Below, piece by piece: positions 19,956-30,340 of a DNA stretch of 64,000 nucleotides. The notes below the pieces were generated by a model. The model searched no databases. It had not been told where the DNA came from and saw only the letters and a list, made by a program, of their open reading frames with translations. The stretch lies in the NCBI GenBank assembly GCA_965204345.1, contig OZ241981.1, forward strand, positions 1,024,001 to 1,088,000. The letters are read 5' to 3'. The position numbers and the translations under genes are program-made. Each line of letters begins with the position of its first letter. Position 1 is the first letter of the stretch. This DNA is from Nitrosopumilus sp. Its GTDB lineage: Archaea > Thermoproteota > Nitrososphaeria > Nitrososphaerales > Nitrosopumilaceae.

Positions 19956-20440
19956 TTCAAACAAAGACAAATGAAAACTAGGTTGTTGAGAATTATTGTA
20001 CAGAGATTTCTTTGATCATATTTTTGGTTAATCTGAGTTCCTCACTGAGAAGTTTTTTTCTAGCATTTAGTGCTTTTGCGTTTGGTTGTGCTTTGATTGA
20101 TAATGAGATGTCTTTTTGCAATCTGTTCACTCCGATAACTTACAGACTTTTGCATTACTTTGATCAGTGGGTTTTTCAGGTCAATTTTGCAAGTGGGAGA
20201 TTTTCCAACTTTACCTGATTGTATAATCATGCCATTATCCAACAATTTTGATATTTCCCTAAATGCAGTTGGACGGCTCATACTTACTCCTTCTACTATC
20301 TCTCCGACTGTAAACTCGTTTTTTGGGAAAACCATAAAGTATTCTAGTACCCTCATGCGTGGAGAGTTCCCATAAAGTGCAATAATTCCGGATTCTGCTT
20401 CTTTCATAACTAATAATTATGAATAATCTACTTAAAGACT
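19956..20440. repeat. ~500-bp direct duplication, copy 2 (17-bp deletion)
   Basis: highly similar to 15239-15740. Confidence 0.95.
20060..20407 (-). pseudogene. duplicate wHTH regulator truncated by a 17-bp deletion
   Basis: near-identical to 15276-15707 up to the frameshift. Confidence 0.8.
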
Positions 20441-20486
20441 TGGCTTGTCTTTCATGAATTACATAAACCAGATACAAAATATCTAT

Positions 20487-21254
20487 TTATGCTATTAAAC
20501 CAATATAGGGTCTTACAAGATCCCAAAATTCGAATGGTCTTATCAAAGTTATGCCCGTAAAATTCTTGACTTGGTTCTTGTTCTTCATTAGTTTTTCATC
20601 CATAGTCATAAAATAATTACATTGAAACCTTATTGCATCAAATATCAATTTCTTATCATCATTACTTAGAAATCCAATTTTTGAATTAAATTGTTCTAGT
20701 ATTTGCTGGTTTTTATCATGGAATGTTGCGAGAGTACCATCATATTCGTTTATCATATCACAATAATCTTTCAAGTCATAGACATATTGCTCATAACGAA
20801 CGTTATCTTTTTCTGTTACCTCTTTGATTACATTTGGAGAAATTACCAGTCGAAAATTGCTTCGCGAAAATCCGAATAAATTCCTTAGCGATTCAACATT
20901 TTGTGTTCCATCCTTATTTCTAGATAGTGTATCACATAGAAGAACATCCTGATTATCAAATATCTCTTCACCATATCGTACCAAGCAATGAACTATGTTT
21001 GTATCTAGAAAAACCCTCTGGGAAATTCTTTCATAGTCTGATAATGATGAATTTGACAATATTCTACTTTGGAATAATGCTATATAAAAAAAATTATTTA
21101 AATGCAATTTTGTTTGTTTTGAAGATATTTCAGATGATTTTATGAATTTTGTAAAAGGTAACATCAAAGATCTTGATGTAGAATTCACAGAAATATTGTA
21201 TATGGAAAAGAAGAAAAGAAATTTCAAATTCAAAGTAAAGTACAACCAATCCAC
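20487..21254 (-). CDS. PIN-domain protein (true start probably downstream of the ORF start)
   Basis: VFLDTNIV...DKKLIFDA...FMTMDEKL...IRP PIN acidic motifs. Confidence 0.7.
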   Translation of the reverse strand: MDWLYFTLNLKFLFFFSIYNISVNSTSRSLMLPFTKFIKSSEISSKQTKLHLNNFFYIALFQSRILSNSSLSDYERISQRVFLDTNIVHCLVRYGEEIFDNQDVLLCDTLSRNKDGTQNVESLRNLFGFSRSNFRLVISPNVIKEVTEKDNVRYEQYVYDLKDYCDMINEYDGTLATFHDKNQQILEQFNSKIGFLSNDDKKLIFDAIRFQCNYFMTMDEKLMKNKNQVKNFTGITLIRPFEFWDLVRPYIGLIA

Positions 21255-21281
21255 TGAATGTGCTATTCTCTTGTACGAAAA

Positions 21282-21716
21282 TTATGTCCGCCTAAGCTCA
21301 GGCTTCAGGTAAGGGATTATTACCGCATATACCGATCATGAATAATGAAGAGGACTAGACTAAAGGAGGACCAGATCAGATACATCATACGGCAACGTCA
21401 GAAGGGCACAGGTGCAGCAATTCTGGCCTGGACCATGCAGATCAGCGCAAGACACGTCAGATACATATGGGCAGCTTACCACAAGACCAGAACAATACGC
21501 CCCCACAGAAGATCAGGAAGATCCAGAAATACAATATTGTGGTTGAATATCTTTACTATTGCATCCTCCCACGCCCACAGAAGATCAGGAAGATCCAGAA
21601 ATACAATATTGCCTGAGGATGTATGTCGTGTTCTTAAGACACCTGATGGCTCTGGGCCAAAAAGGTTCCTGATGCGATCAGGAAAAGCAATCAAAAATGG
21701 ATGGAGGCGGACATAA
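21282..21716 (+). mobile_element. internally deleted IS481-like remnant
   Basis: HTH N-terminus KEDQIRYIIRQRQKG...ISARHVRYIW; 12-bp inverted repeats TTATGTCCGCCT (21282-21293) / AGGCGGACATAA (21705-21716). Confidence 0.65.
21502..21611. repeat. 38-bp exact duplication flanking a 34-bp insert
   Basis: 21502-21539 = 21574-21611; insert 21540-21573. Confidence 0.95.
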
Positions 21717-22007
21717 ATGACTAGCGGATATGATTTTCATATAATACAACAGTGTCGATAAATGAAAGGCTATAATAAAGAACGTAAGTAAATTGTACTG
21801 TACTGTACTGTAATGTTATTTACTCCGTACCGTACTATAGCTCAGGCGAGAAGGAAATTATTATATTATCATTTTGTAAGTTATAAATTATGAATAAAAC
21901 ATCCCCAAAAGATTGGACAGATGACCAAATTAAAAAAGCATCAGAGATTAAAAAGAAATTCCAAGAAGGAAAAGTCAAAGTATTAGCAAAATAATTGTAC
22001 TAAGGAT

Positions 22008-22238
22008 ATGCCTGACGACTACGATATATTTGATACATGTATTATTGATGATCCTTCTAAAGATATTAAAGTAATTATCAAAAAATATGTTGAAAATGAA
22101 TTTAATTATGCTGATCCCAATATTTGCAAAAATGAGCATGAAATTGGTAAAAATTACATCCCTGAGGAGAACATAACTTTATTTTGGATTAATTTGGACA
22201 AAAGATATTTCTTTGATGTTCAAAAAGGTAATCAATAA
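22008..22238 (+). CDS. hypothetical protein (possibly truncated)
   Basis: 76-aa ORF at the island edge. Confidence 0.4.
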   Translation: MPDDYDIFDTCIIDDPSKDIKVIIKKYVENEFNYADPNICKNEHEIGKNYIPEENITLFWINLDKRYFFDVQKGNQ

Positions 22239-22308
22239 TTCACGACTATAACCCGACTGAAAACACTAAGAATTTTGTTCCCATAAACTACATAGAATCG
22301 TTTGAATT

Positions 22309-22923
22309 ATGAGCAAGGTTTTTAGTGATTTTAGAGATAACATTTTTGTGAATAGCAGGATTGTGATTCTGGTTTTGGTTGGAATTGCAGTAGCAACATC
22401 AGTAGCAATAGCAGCAACAACAAGCACAACCACTAAAGAGCCTCCAGCAGAGAATCCAGATGACAAGTCAGTGCCAGAACAGCCCGTACCGCCAGATATC
22501 CAAAAAAAGCTAGACGATGTGACAAAAACAAAGTTGGAAAACAAGTATTCCCCAAAACAGAGGGACTGGCCCACATCCGGACCGTTTCAGATTGACAGAA
22601 GTGAGTATATTCTAGGTGAGAAAATTTTTCTCATAATCGGCCAGTTAGACCCTAATGAAAAGGGAGAAGTTGTGTTTCTTAGGCCATCAAACAGCACACA
22701 CTATGCAGTTTATTGGAAGATCCCTTTTGATGGTGCAGATAATGCAGTATTCAACAATTATTTACAGCCACAACTCTCAAAATCCCAAGGGTACTGTACA
22801 GCAGATGCCTTCATCGGGGATTGGAGGGTTGTGTTTTCACAAACAAACTATGCCAATCTAGAATTCAAAATTACCGGAGACATTCTTCCCGGAGATGAGG
22901 AAAACTATGAGCCAGTCTGCTAG
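22309..22923 (+). CDS. membrane-anchored hypothetical protein
   Basis: N-terminal TM helix and soluble beta-rich domain. Confidence 0.75.
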   Translation: MSKVFSDFRDNIFVNSRIVILVLVGIAVATSVAIAATTSTTTKEPPAENPDDKSVPEQPVPPDIQKKLDDVTKTKLENKYSPKQRDWPTSGPFQIDRSEYILGEKIFLIIGQLDPNEKGEVVFLRPSNSTHYAVYWKIPFDGADNAVFNNYLQPQLSKSQGYCTADAFIGDWRVVFSQTNYANLEFKITGDILPGDEENYEPVC

Positions 22924-23250
22924 TTATCTCAAAGAGTTGTGAAAGCAGACTTTATTGCCCAGATGGCAGGCAGGACCGGAGGGTTCAACAAGGTAGATAA
23001 CTGCATCTGAATCACAGTCAACTAGGATTTCCCTGATTTTTTGAGTGTTGCCAGACTCTTCACCCTTCATCCAGAGTTTGTTTCTAGAGCGACTCCAAAA
23101 CCAAGAGTTTCCAGTCTTTTTTGCAAGTTCCAGTGATTCCTTGTTTGTGTAGGCTAGGGTCAGAACGTCTTTTGTGTTTGCATCCTGAACAATCACAGGT
23201 ACAAGGCCCCCACTCTTTTCAAAGTCTATATCGCCAACTGATTTGTCCAC
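22924..23250 (-). CDS. hisI: phosphoribosyl-AMP cyclohydrolase
   Basis: SRSRNKLWMKGEESG, DCDSD, ACHLG...CF. Confidence 0.95.
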   Translation of the reverse strand: MDKSVGDIDFEKSGGLVPVIVQDANTKDVLTLAYTNKESLELAKKTGNSWFWSRSRNKLWMKGEESGNTQKIREILVDCDSDAVIYLVEPSGPACHLGNKVCFHNSLR

Positions 23251-23273
23251 AAGAAAAATCTGTAAAATAGCTA

Positions 23274-24077
23274 TTATAACCTTACAGGGATTTGTCGGTT
23301 TTTCAGATATGACTTTACGCTGTTTACCCCGTGGGTTTCATAGTGAAAGATTGAGGCGGCAAGTGCGGCATCAACGTCTGATTCTGTAAAAACGTCAACC
23401 ATGTCATCAGGCCTCCCACAGCCTCCTGAGGCAATAACAGGTATGGAGAGTGACTCAACAACCTTTTGTGTCAGCAAGATATCATACCCGTCTTTTGTTC
23501 CATCATTGTCAATGCTGGTAAGAAGAATTTCCCCGGCTCCCAGTCTTTCGGCATTCTGAACCCAGTCAATCACGTCAATTCCGGTACCCTCTTTGCCGCC
23601 ATAAATGAAGACCTCAAACCAGAATTGCCTGTTGTTTTCAGCAAAGACATTTTTTTTCTCTGCAATGTCGTAATTGCGTTTTGCATCTACTGCCACCACA
23701 ACGCATTGGCGTCCAAACAACTCCATTAGTTCCGTGATAACCCCGGGATTTTTTATCGCACCGGTATTAATTCCGACCTTGTCTGCGCCGTTTAGCAAGA
23801 TGTTTCTTGCATCATCCAAAGAGTTTACCCCGCCGCCTACCGTAAACGGTATGTCAATTACAGAGGCCACCCTTCTAACCAAATCCTGAATCGTCTTTCG
23901 CCGCTCATCAGATGCAGTAATATCAAGAAAAACCAGCTCGTCTGCACCCTCGTTGCTGTACCTTTCTGCCAGTTCCACGGGATCCCCTGCATCCCTGATG
24001 GACTCAAAGTGCAGTCCCTTAACCACCCTGCCGTTTTTTACATCCAAGCATGGAATGATTCGCTTAGTCAGAGTCAT
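23274..24077 (-). CDS. hisF: imidazole glycerol phosphate synthase cyclase subunit
   Basis: RIIPCLDV, GADELVFLDI, DGTKDGYD. Confidence 0.97.
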   Translation of the reverse strand: MTLTKRIIPCLDVKNGRVVKGLHFESIRDAGDPVELAERYSNEGADELVFLDITASDERRKTIQDLVRRVASVIDIPFTVGGGVNSLDDARNILLNGADKVGINTGAIKNPGVITELMELFGRQCVVVAVDAKRNYDIAEKKNVFAENNRQFWFEVFIYGGKEGTGIDVIDWVQNAERLGAGEILLTSIDNDGTKDGYDILLTQKVVESLSIPVIASGGCGRPDDMVDVFTESDVDAALAASIFHYETHGVNSVKSYLKNRQIPVRL

Positions 24078-24781
24078 GATAACCCTTTTGCGCCTTTTAT
24101 TGAAATTCTGTTCTCATAGAGTGCCTTTCCAAGTATTACGCCAAACGCGTTTTTTTCCTTTACAGACTTGACATCATTACTATTAGAGATCCCCCCGCTT
24201 GCAATTACATTGGCATTTGGCAGTGCACATGCCTGCCCCAGAAATTCCAAGTCAGGTCCCTCAAGTGTTCCATCACGGCCAACATCAGTTAGTAAAAATT
24301 CAGTAAATCCCATATCAAGGAATTCCCTGATTGCAGGTATTAACTTAATTCCGGTGCCGGCCTGCCAGCCATGTATTACAATCTCATTATCCTTATGATC
24401 AACTGATATTACAATTTTTTGCGGCCCAAGTTCTGACAAGAGTGCCTGCAGGAGGGGCCTGTCCTTAAATGCCAGGGTCCCAAGTACAATCCGCTCTGAA
24501 AGACGGGCCATCTCAAGGGCAAGTGATCTGCTTCGTAGTCCTCCTGCCACCTGCACAGGTATGGATATGACTCTGAGAATTTTTTTAATCATGTCTAGGT
24601 TAGAGCCTATGCCAAGAGTCGCATCCAAGTCCACCAGGTGAAGAATGTCAGCCCCTGCTGATTCCCACCGTTTTGCCATCTCTACAGGATTGTCACTGTA
24701 CACTGTCTTTTGGGCGGGATCGCCCTTGTACAGTCTGACTACTTGGCCACCCATTAAATCAATAGCAGGTATGACTTTCAT
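24074..24781 (-). CDS. hisA: ProFAR isomerase
   Basis: VIPAIDLMGGQVVRL, HLVDLD, DGTLEGPD. Confidence 0.96.
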   Translation of the reverse strand: MKVIPAIDLMGGQVVRLYKGDPAQKTVYSDNPVEMAKRWESAGADILHLVDLDATLGIGSNLDMIKKILRVISIPVQVAGGLRSRSLALEMARLSERIVLGTLAFKDRPLLQALLSELGPQKIVISVDHKDNEIVIHGWQAGTGIKLIPAIREFLDMGFTEFLLTDVGRDGTLEGPDLEFLGQACALPNANVIASGGISNSNDVKSVKEKNAFGVILGKALYENRISIKGAKGLS

Positions 24782-25383
24782 TTCTTACACTCTTTTAGGA
24801 AATTATTTAGCATTATCTTCCCTGCCGCACTTGACTTTTCAGGATGAAACTGCGTGCCAAAAAAATTCCCATGCTCAACAACTGCCGGAACTTTGATTCC
24901 GTAATCAGATTCGGCAGTAATCACATCAGGGGAGTCAGGCTTGACTCTGTATGAGTGGACAAAATAGGCCCAAGAGCCATCTTTTACTCCCTCAAGGATT
25001 TTGCCGGGTTTTTTGATTTCAAGGCTGTTCCATCCCATGTGGGGCACTTTCATAGAGGCAGGCAGCACTATGACTTGGCCGTCAATTACATTGAGGCCCT
25101 CCTGTACACCTTCCTCACTCTTTGCAAAAAACATCTCCATCCCAAGACAGATTCCAAGAACGGGCATGTCTCCCACGTAATCTTGGAACTGTGTTTTGGA
25201 AAAATTCCTGATGCTGTTCATGGCAGGATCAAAGTTTCCCACGCCCGGAAGCAACAGGCCAGAGTATACGTTTGCACTATCAAAATTAGTTATCACATCA
25301 ACTGTGGCACCAACTTTTTGAAGGGAATTTTTCAGGCTAAAGATATTTCCGGCACCATAGTCAAAAATTGCAACGCTGACCAT
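24778..25383 (-). CDS. hisH: imidazole glycerol phosphate synthase glutaminase subunit
   Basis: LPGVG, GICLGM, PHMGWN, QFHPEKS. Confidence 0.96.
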   Translation of the reverse strand: MVSVAIFDYGAGNIFSLKNSLQKVGATVDVITNFDSANVYSGLLLPGVGNFDPAMNSIRNFSKTQFQDYVGDMPVLGICLGMEMFFAKSEEGVQEGLNVIDGQVIVLPASMKVPHMGWNSLEIKKPGKILEGVKDGSWAYFVHSYRVKPDSPDVITAESDYGIKVPAVVEHGNFFGTQFHPEKSSAAGKIMLNNFLKECKK

Positions 25384-25973
25384 TACATCGAGCCCTTTGT
25401 GCTTGGAATCCCCTTTTGTTTTTTGTCTATGGCAGATGCATGTCTTAGTGCGACTGCAAGTGATTTTATTGCAGCTTCGACCTTGTGGTGATCATTGTCC
25501 CCATACTTTACGGTAAGGTGGATGCAGCTGTTGAGATTCTGCAGCAGCGACTGGAAAAAATGCTCGAGATCCTCTTTTGATACGCCCTCAATCTTGTTAC
25601 GCTTGACATGCAGGCTCAGCTTTGAGAATGGCCGCTTTACCAGATCAATGGAGGCCTCAGCAAGGGATTCGTCCATCGGGACAGAGGCATAACTGAATCT
25701 TGCAATTCCACCCCTAGAGCCCAGTGCCTTGTCAATGGTTTGGCCCAGTGCAATTGCAGTGTCCTCAATTAGATGGTGCTCAATGCCGTCATTTGACTTT
25801 GCCTCGACCCTGAGATCCATCATGGCATGCTTGCCAAAAGACACAATCAGGTGATCCAGGAAGTTTATTCCGGTCTTAATTGATGTCTTTCCAGTTCCGT
25901 CCAGGTTTGCAGACACGCAAATGCTGGTTTCCTTGGTGTCCCGTTTAGTTGATGCCTTTCTTGGTGTTGCCAT
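25383..25973 (-). CDS. hisB: imidazoleglycerol-phosphate dehydratase
   Basis: [23 protein letters not shown]. Confidence 0.96.
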   Translation of the reverse strand: MATPRKASTKRDTKETSICVSANLDGTGKTSIKTGINFLDHLIVSFGKHAMMDLRVEAKSNDGIEHHLIEDTAIALGQTIDKALGSRGGIARFSYASVPMDESLAEASIDLVKRPFSKLSLHVKRNKIEGVSKEDLEHFFQSLLQNLNSCIHLTVKYGDNDHHKVEAAIKSLAVALRHASAIDKKQKGIPSTKGSM

Positions 25974-26000
25974 GTTATCACAGATATGATGTATTATGCA

Positions 26001-26987
26001 TCACTCTAAATTTAATACCTTTGGCAGCAGGTGGATTGAATCCAATGCCAGGATGGCACCGTTTTGCTCAAATAGCTGTAATTTTTCTTGTGGATTTGTG
26101 CTAGTACCCACAATGCCACAAAAGACAGTCTTGTGACCCAATTCAGTGGCCTTTTTTGCCATGATAAAGTCCTCCATAGAATCACCAACATACAAAGTGA
26201 ACTTGCCATCCATTCCACAGATTGAATCCACAAGAGGCTGTGGGTTGGGCTTTGCAAGCTCGCGCGGTTCATCCTCAAGAAACACAGAGTTGCCAAGATT
26301 GAACTTGTTGAGCAGGGATTTTAGGGAATATCTGACTGATTCCTGGCCTCTGCCTGTAACCATGGATATCCTTGAGGGAAATTTTTTTAATAGCCGATCA
26401 AGTAATGCGTCATTTAGAATTACGTCGTCCTGCTCGATTAGGCCGGGTTTGGAAAAAACTAAAGGTTTTTTTTGAAATAATTTTTCATACAGTGCAGGGC
26501 CGTAAAAAATCTGATCAAAGATCTGATACAGTATACTTTGATGATGCGCTATTCCAGGATAAGACAGTTGTCTTTTGATCTCACTGATATCAACTAGACT
26601 CTCAACATATCTTTGTGCAGAAACAATGCCGTCAGAGTCAGAGTTCTCAATTACATCACAGATAAAGCTGGCCTGATCTTTTTCTAGTTTTGCTGCACCG
26701 ACAATAGAAATTATTGCAGCATATGTCAGATCAACCTCGTCATTAAAGCCGCCCGTAGACTTGAACCCGTCAATAATTTTAAAAAAATCAAAGTCAACTG
26801 CATCATCAATTTTTGCAAGGTTCTTTAAGACATATCGAGTCGTTTTGATAATTGTCAGATCATAGGATTTTGTAATATCAATTAGTACCCCATCGCAGTC
26901 AAAGACCACAGTATCTATCTGGTGCAGTGCCGCATCAATTTTGGAGGAGTTCACATAGATTCCGTCAGATTTTTTGCTCAGAGTCAT
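26001..26987 (-). CDS. HAD-family phosphatase in the his operon (candidate histidinol-phosphate phosphatase)
   Basis: FDCDGVL, KPNP, YVGDSMED; located between hisC and hisB. Confidence 0.75.
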   Translation of the reverse strand: MTLSKKSDGIYVNSSKIDAALHQIDTVVFDCDGVLIDITKSYDLTIIKTTRYVLKNLAKIDDAVDFDFFKIIDGFKSTGGFNDEVDLTYAAIISIVGAAKLEKDQASFICDVIENSDSDGIVSAQRYVESLVDISEIKRQLSYPGIAHHQSILYQIFDQIFYGPALYEKLFQKKPLVFSKPGLIEQDDVILNDALLDRLLKKFPSRISMVTGRGQESVRYSLKSLLNKFNLGNSVFLEDEPRELAKPNPQPLVDSICGMDGKFTLYVGDSMEDFIMAKKATELGHKTVFCGIVGTSTNPQEKLQLFEQNGAILALDSIHLLPKVLNLE

Positions 26988-28054
26988 CCCAACAAGTCAC
27001 GAATTGCCAATAAGAATTTTGAGTTCATCTCTTTTGTTCCAACAGTTACTCTAAGACAGCCATTGTGATTGCCGATTTTGCCCAGCTTGCGAATCGAGAT
27101 TCCCTGTTCTACAAGTGCCGAATAGACGCGCTTGTAGGCACCGTGGGCATCAAAAAGGACAAAGTTGGCCTCAGAGTCAAACACCTCAAAGGCATCATAT
27201 CTTTGCAAGGTTTCAATGATTCTGGTCCTTTCAGTTCTGACATTACTGATGGCCTCCCTTACGATATGAGATTTCTCCAAGGATTCAATTCCGGATTCAA
27301 TTGTAATAGTGCCAAGGGGATACGGATACTGCAAGACATTCATGAAGGCCTCGGTGAATTTTTTATTGGCAACAAAGTAACCCAGTCTCAGTCCTGCCAG
27401 GCCAAATGACTTTGAGAGCGTATGTACAACAACCAGGTTGTTTTGGGTCTTGGCCATGCTTGAAAGGGAATACCTGCCAAATTCCCCGTATGCCTCATCA
27501 ATTATTACAAGGCCGGCAAAGGATCTCACAAGCTTTTGTAGCTCGCTTTTTGGGAATTGAAATCCCGTAGGATTGTTGGGAGAATCAAGATAAAGGATGC
27601 TGGCCTTTCTGGATTGTCTTATGAAATCCTCAATATCCAACTTCATATCATCAGAAAAGGGGATTGCAAGTAACGGAATGCCATATAGCTTGCAGCGTTC
27701 CTCAAAAAATCCAAACGTAGGATTGGAGGTCAAGACCTTGGTCTTTTTGGATGCAAAGTTAGAAAGAATCAGATCCAAAATTTGATCCGAACCGTTGCCT
27801 ACGCCAATCATTGAGGCAGGCATCTTGGCAAGCTTTGATATGGCAAGTACCAGTCTCTCAACGCCGCCAAGGGGGTACTCTCGTATGTCAGAATTTTTTC
27901 TTGCAGATGAGATTACATCGTTTTGAAATTGTTTTGGCACAACGTAATTTTCATTTGAATCAAGCTTTACTGAATCCTGGATGAGATCAGGCTTTTGGTA
28001 TCCGCCTATGGAGTCAAGCCTCTTGATCCTATCCTCAAGCCAATTCTTTTTCAA
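26984..28054 (-). CDS. hisC: histidinol-phosphate aminotransferase
   Basis: PNNPTG, DEAY, TLSKSFGLAGLRLGY. Confidence 0.93.
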   Translation of the reverse strand: MKKNWLEDRIKRLDSIGGYQKPDLIQDSVKLDSNENYVVPKQFQNDVISSARKNSDIREYPLGGVERLVLAISKLAKMPASMIGVGNGSDQILDLILSNFASKKTKVLTSNPTFGFFEERCKLYGIPLLAIPFSDDMKLDIEDFIRQSRKASILYLDSPNNPTGFQFPKSELQKLVRSFAGLVIIDEAYGEFGRYSLSSMAKTQNNLVVVHTLSKSFGLAGLRLGYFVANKKFTEAFMNVLQYPYPLGTITIESGIESLEKSHIVREAISNVRTERTRIIETLQRYDAFEVFDSEANFVLFDAHGAYKRVYSALVEQGISIRKLGKIGNHNGCLRVTVGTKEMNSKFLLAIRDLLG

Positions 28055-29328
28055 TCCAGTCTACCTCTTACTGCCTCATAGTGGTTGGGTAAGCCCTCGG
28101 CATCTGTTAGGGCTTTGAGATGTCTTGATATTTTTGATAGTGACTTTTTTGACGAGGTAACGCAGGTGTTTACCTTGACAAAGTCCAAAACGGAGAGCGG
28201 ACCTCGGATTCTTCCAAATCCGTTTGTGGGAAGAATGTGATTTGAGCCTAAAACATAGTCACTGGCAGATGAGGGCGTGTTATTTCCAATTAGGATCAGT
28301 CCAGGAGAGGTAATTTTTGCAGACATGGATTGCGCATTTTTGGTCATTACTTGCAGGTGTTCTGGTGCCAAGATATTTGCAAGTTTTATCATATCAGAAT
28401 TGGTTTTACAGATTCCAATAAATCCATTATTTTTGAGGCTGGAGGAGGCGATGTCTCTGCGTTGGACCGTAGAAATCAGTTCTGAGATTATACTCTCAAC
28501 TGATCGTGCAAGTTTTAACGAGGTGGTAAGCAGATAGCAAAAGGTATCACTGCTGTGTTCTGCCTGAGAGATTAGATCCAATGCGACAAACTTTGGATTT
28601 GCAGACGCATCTGCAATGATTCCCAACTCGGTGGGACCTGCAAGCATGTCAATTCCTGTCTGGTTGCTGACCAGGGATTTTGCAGCAGTAACAAACGCGT
28701 TACCTGGGCCGACTATCTTATCAACCCTCAAGATAGATTTTGTCCCATAAGCTAGTGCGGCAATGGATTGCACGCCGCCTGTCTTGTAGATTTCATTGGC
28801 GCCGCAGATATCGGCAGCAACAACTGTCAGGGGGTCAATCTTTCCATCAGGGTCTGGTGGGGATACAACAACTATCCTCTTGACACCTGCAATTTTAGCC
28901 GGGGTTACAGACATGACTACGGAGCTGGGATATCTTGCCAGCCCGCCGGGAATATAGCATCCCACGCTCTGAATGGGGGTAAAGGTCTTTGAAATTTTTA
29001 CTCCGTCATGGCTAATCGTCTTGCCCCCTAGAAGCGATTTAACAGCAGATTCCTCCGTCTTGGCAAGCCTGGCTTTTGCCAGTCTTAATGCAACAAGTTG
29101 AGTCTTTGAAACTTTAGAGTATGCACCTCTGATCTCGTTTTGGGATACGCGCAAAGACGAGATGACTGCCTTGCTGAACTTTTTCTCATACCTTTTAACG
29201 GCATCATCGCCATTTTTTTTGACGTTCCTTAGGATGGATTCAACTATCGCCTTGTTGTCTTGGGGCTGTCTTGGCGTGATTTTTTCTGCAAACTTTTCAA
29301 CATTGGATACTTTGATTATTCTCATCAA
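28051..29328 (-). CDS. hisD: histidinol dehydrogenase
   Basis: KIVGPGN, AGPTE, SQAEH, APEHL. Confidence 0.96.
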   Translation of the reverse strand: MMRIIKVSNVEKFAEKITPRQPQDNKAIVESILRNVKKNGDDAVKRYEKKFSKAVISSLRVSQNEIRGAYSKVSKTQLVALRLAKARLAKTEESAVKSLLGGKTISHDGVKISKTFTPIQSVGCYIPGGLARYPSSVVMSVTPAKIAGVKRIVVVSPPDPDGKIDPLTVVAADICGANEIYKTGGVQSIAALAYGTKSILRVDKIVGPGNAFVTAAKSLVSNQTGIDMLAGPTELGIIADASANPKFVALDLISQAEHSSDTFCYLLTTSLKLARSVESIISELISTVQRRDIASSSLKNNGFIGICKTNSDMIKLANILAPEHLQVMTKNAQSMSAKITSPGLILIGNNTPSSASDYVLGSNHILPTNGFGRIRGPLSVLDFVKVNTCVTSSKKSLSKISRHLKALTDAEGLPNHYEAVRGRLD

Positions 29329-30308
29329 TTTTCTTCGTCACGCTTTATCTCCTCAAGTTCAAGTATTTGTCTTGGTTCATGAACCACAAGACCCTGAGCA
29401 ATCTTCCTTAGCTTGGGAATGAGTTTATGGAACTCTTCTTTTTTAATCACCGTGTTTACGCCAAACCACCCTTCCTCGCTTAGCGGGCTGATGGTGGGCT
29501 TTTTTAAAGACGGCATCTGTGTCAAGAGCTTTTTTAGGTTCTTCTCCTCCACATTCAGATAGATGTGCAGGAATTTTCTGCCATAGACTGCACCCCTCAT
29601 CAACGTAATGATATCAAATATTTTTTCCCTCTTTTTGGAATCCTTTAACGACTTTTTGTTTGCAATCAGGTGTGCAGTGGAGGTCAGCACTTGATCAACA
29701 ATCTTGAGTTTGTTTTGTTTAAGGGTGGTTCCAGTCTCAGTGACGTCCATAATTGCATCAACGTCTTCGGGGGGTTTTGCCTCAGTTGCGCCAAATGATA
29801 AGTGAATCTGGACGCTTTTGTTATCTCCCAATCTGACCCAGGGAGTGACAATTAGCGGATCTTGGGATCCATAATATTTTTTGTAAGACTGAGACTGCTT
29901 TAGAAATTTGGAAGCAGTGGTAAGATACTCTGATGAGATTCGAAGCGTCTTTTTCTTTTTGCCATAGTCTGCAATCATTTCATCAAGATTTTTGTAACGA
30001 TACTTGTCAGGAAAGGCAATCACTAGCTTGATTTTTCCATATTCCAAATCCAAGACAGGCTCAACATCAGAGTTTGTCTCCTTTACCCAGTCCTTGCCTG
30101 TAATTCCCACATCATACAGTCCCTCTGCAACCAGCGTGGGGATTTCTTGGGGGCGCAGCATCTTTACAATAATGCTGGGATCATCCAGATAAACCCGATA
30201 TGTTCTGCTTTTTCTGTTTACCCTAGTCCAAGACTTTTCTAGCAATTTGAAAGTGGCATCCTCAAGACTGCCCTTTGGAATAGCAAATTTTACTTCAGAC
30301 ATTCTCAA
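29325..30308 (-). CDS. hisG: ATP phosphoribosyltransferase
   Basis: AIPKGSL, DVGITGKD, DVTETGTTL. Confidence 0.95.
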   Translation of the reverse strand: MRMSEVKFAIPKGSLEDATFKLLEKSWTRVNRKSRTYRVYLDDPSIIVKMLRPQEIPTLVAEGLYDVGITGKDWVKETNSDVEPVLDLEYGKIKLVIAFPDKYRYKNLDEMIADYGKKKKTLRISSEYLTTASKFLKQSQSYKKYYGSQDPLIVTPWVRLGDNKSVQIHLSFGATEAKPPEDVDAIMDVTETGTTLKQNKLKIVDQVLTSTAHLIANKKSLKDSKKREKIFDIITLMRGAVYGRKFLHIYLNVEEKNLKKLLTQMPSLKKPTISPLSEEGWFGVNTVIKKEEFHKLIPKLRKIAQGLVVHEPRQILELEEIKRDEEN

Positions 30309-30340
30309 TTTTTTGACTTTTTAGGTATATAATCGCATGT

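Noticed and set aside
21794-21812. (TGTAC)n microsatellite
   Set aside because: Fewer than four units, intergenic, with no link to a gene or promoter that I can support.
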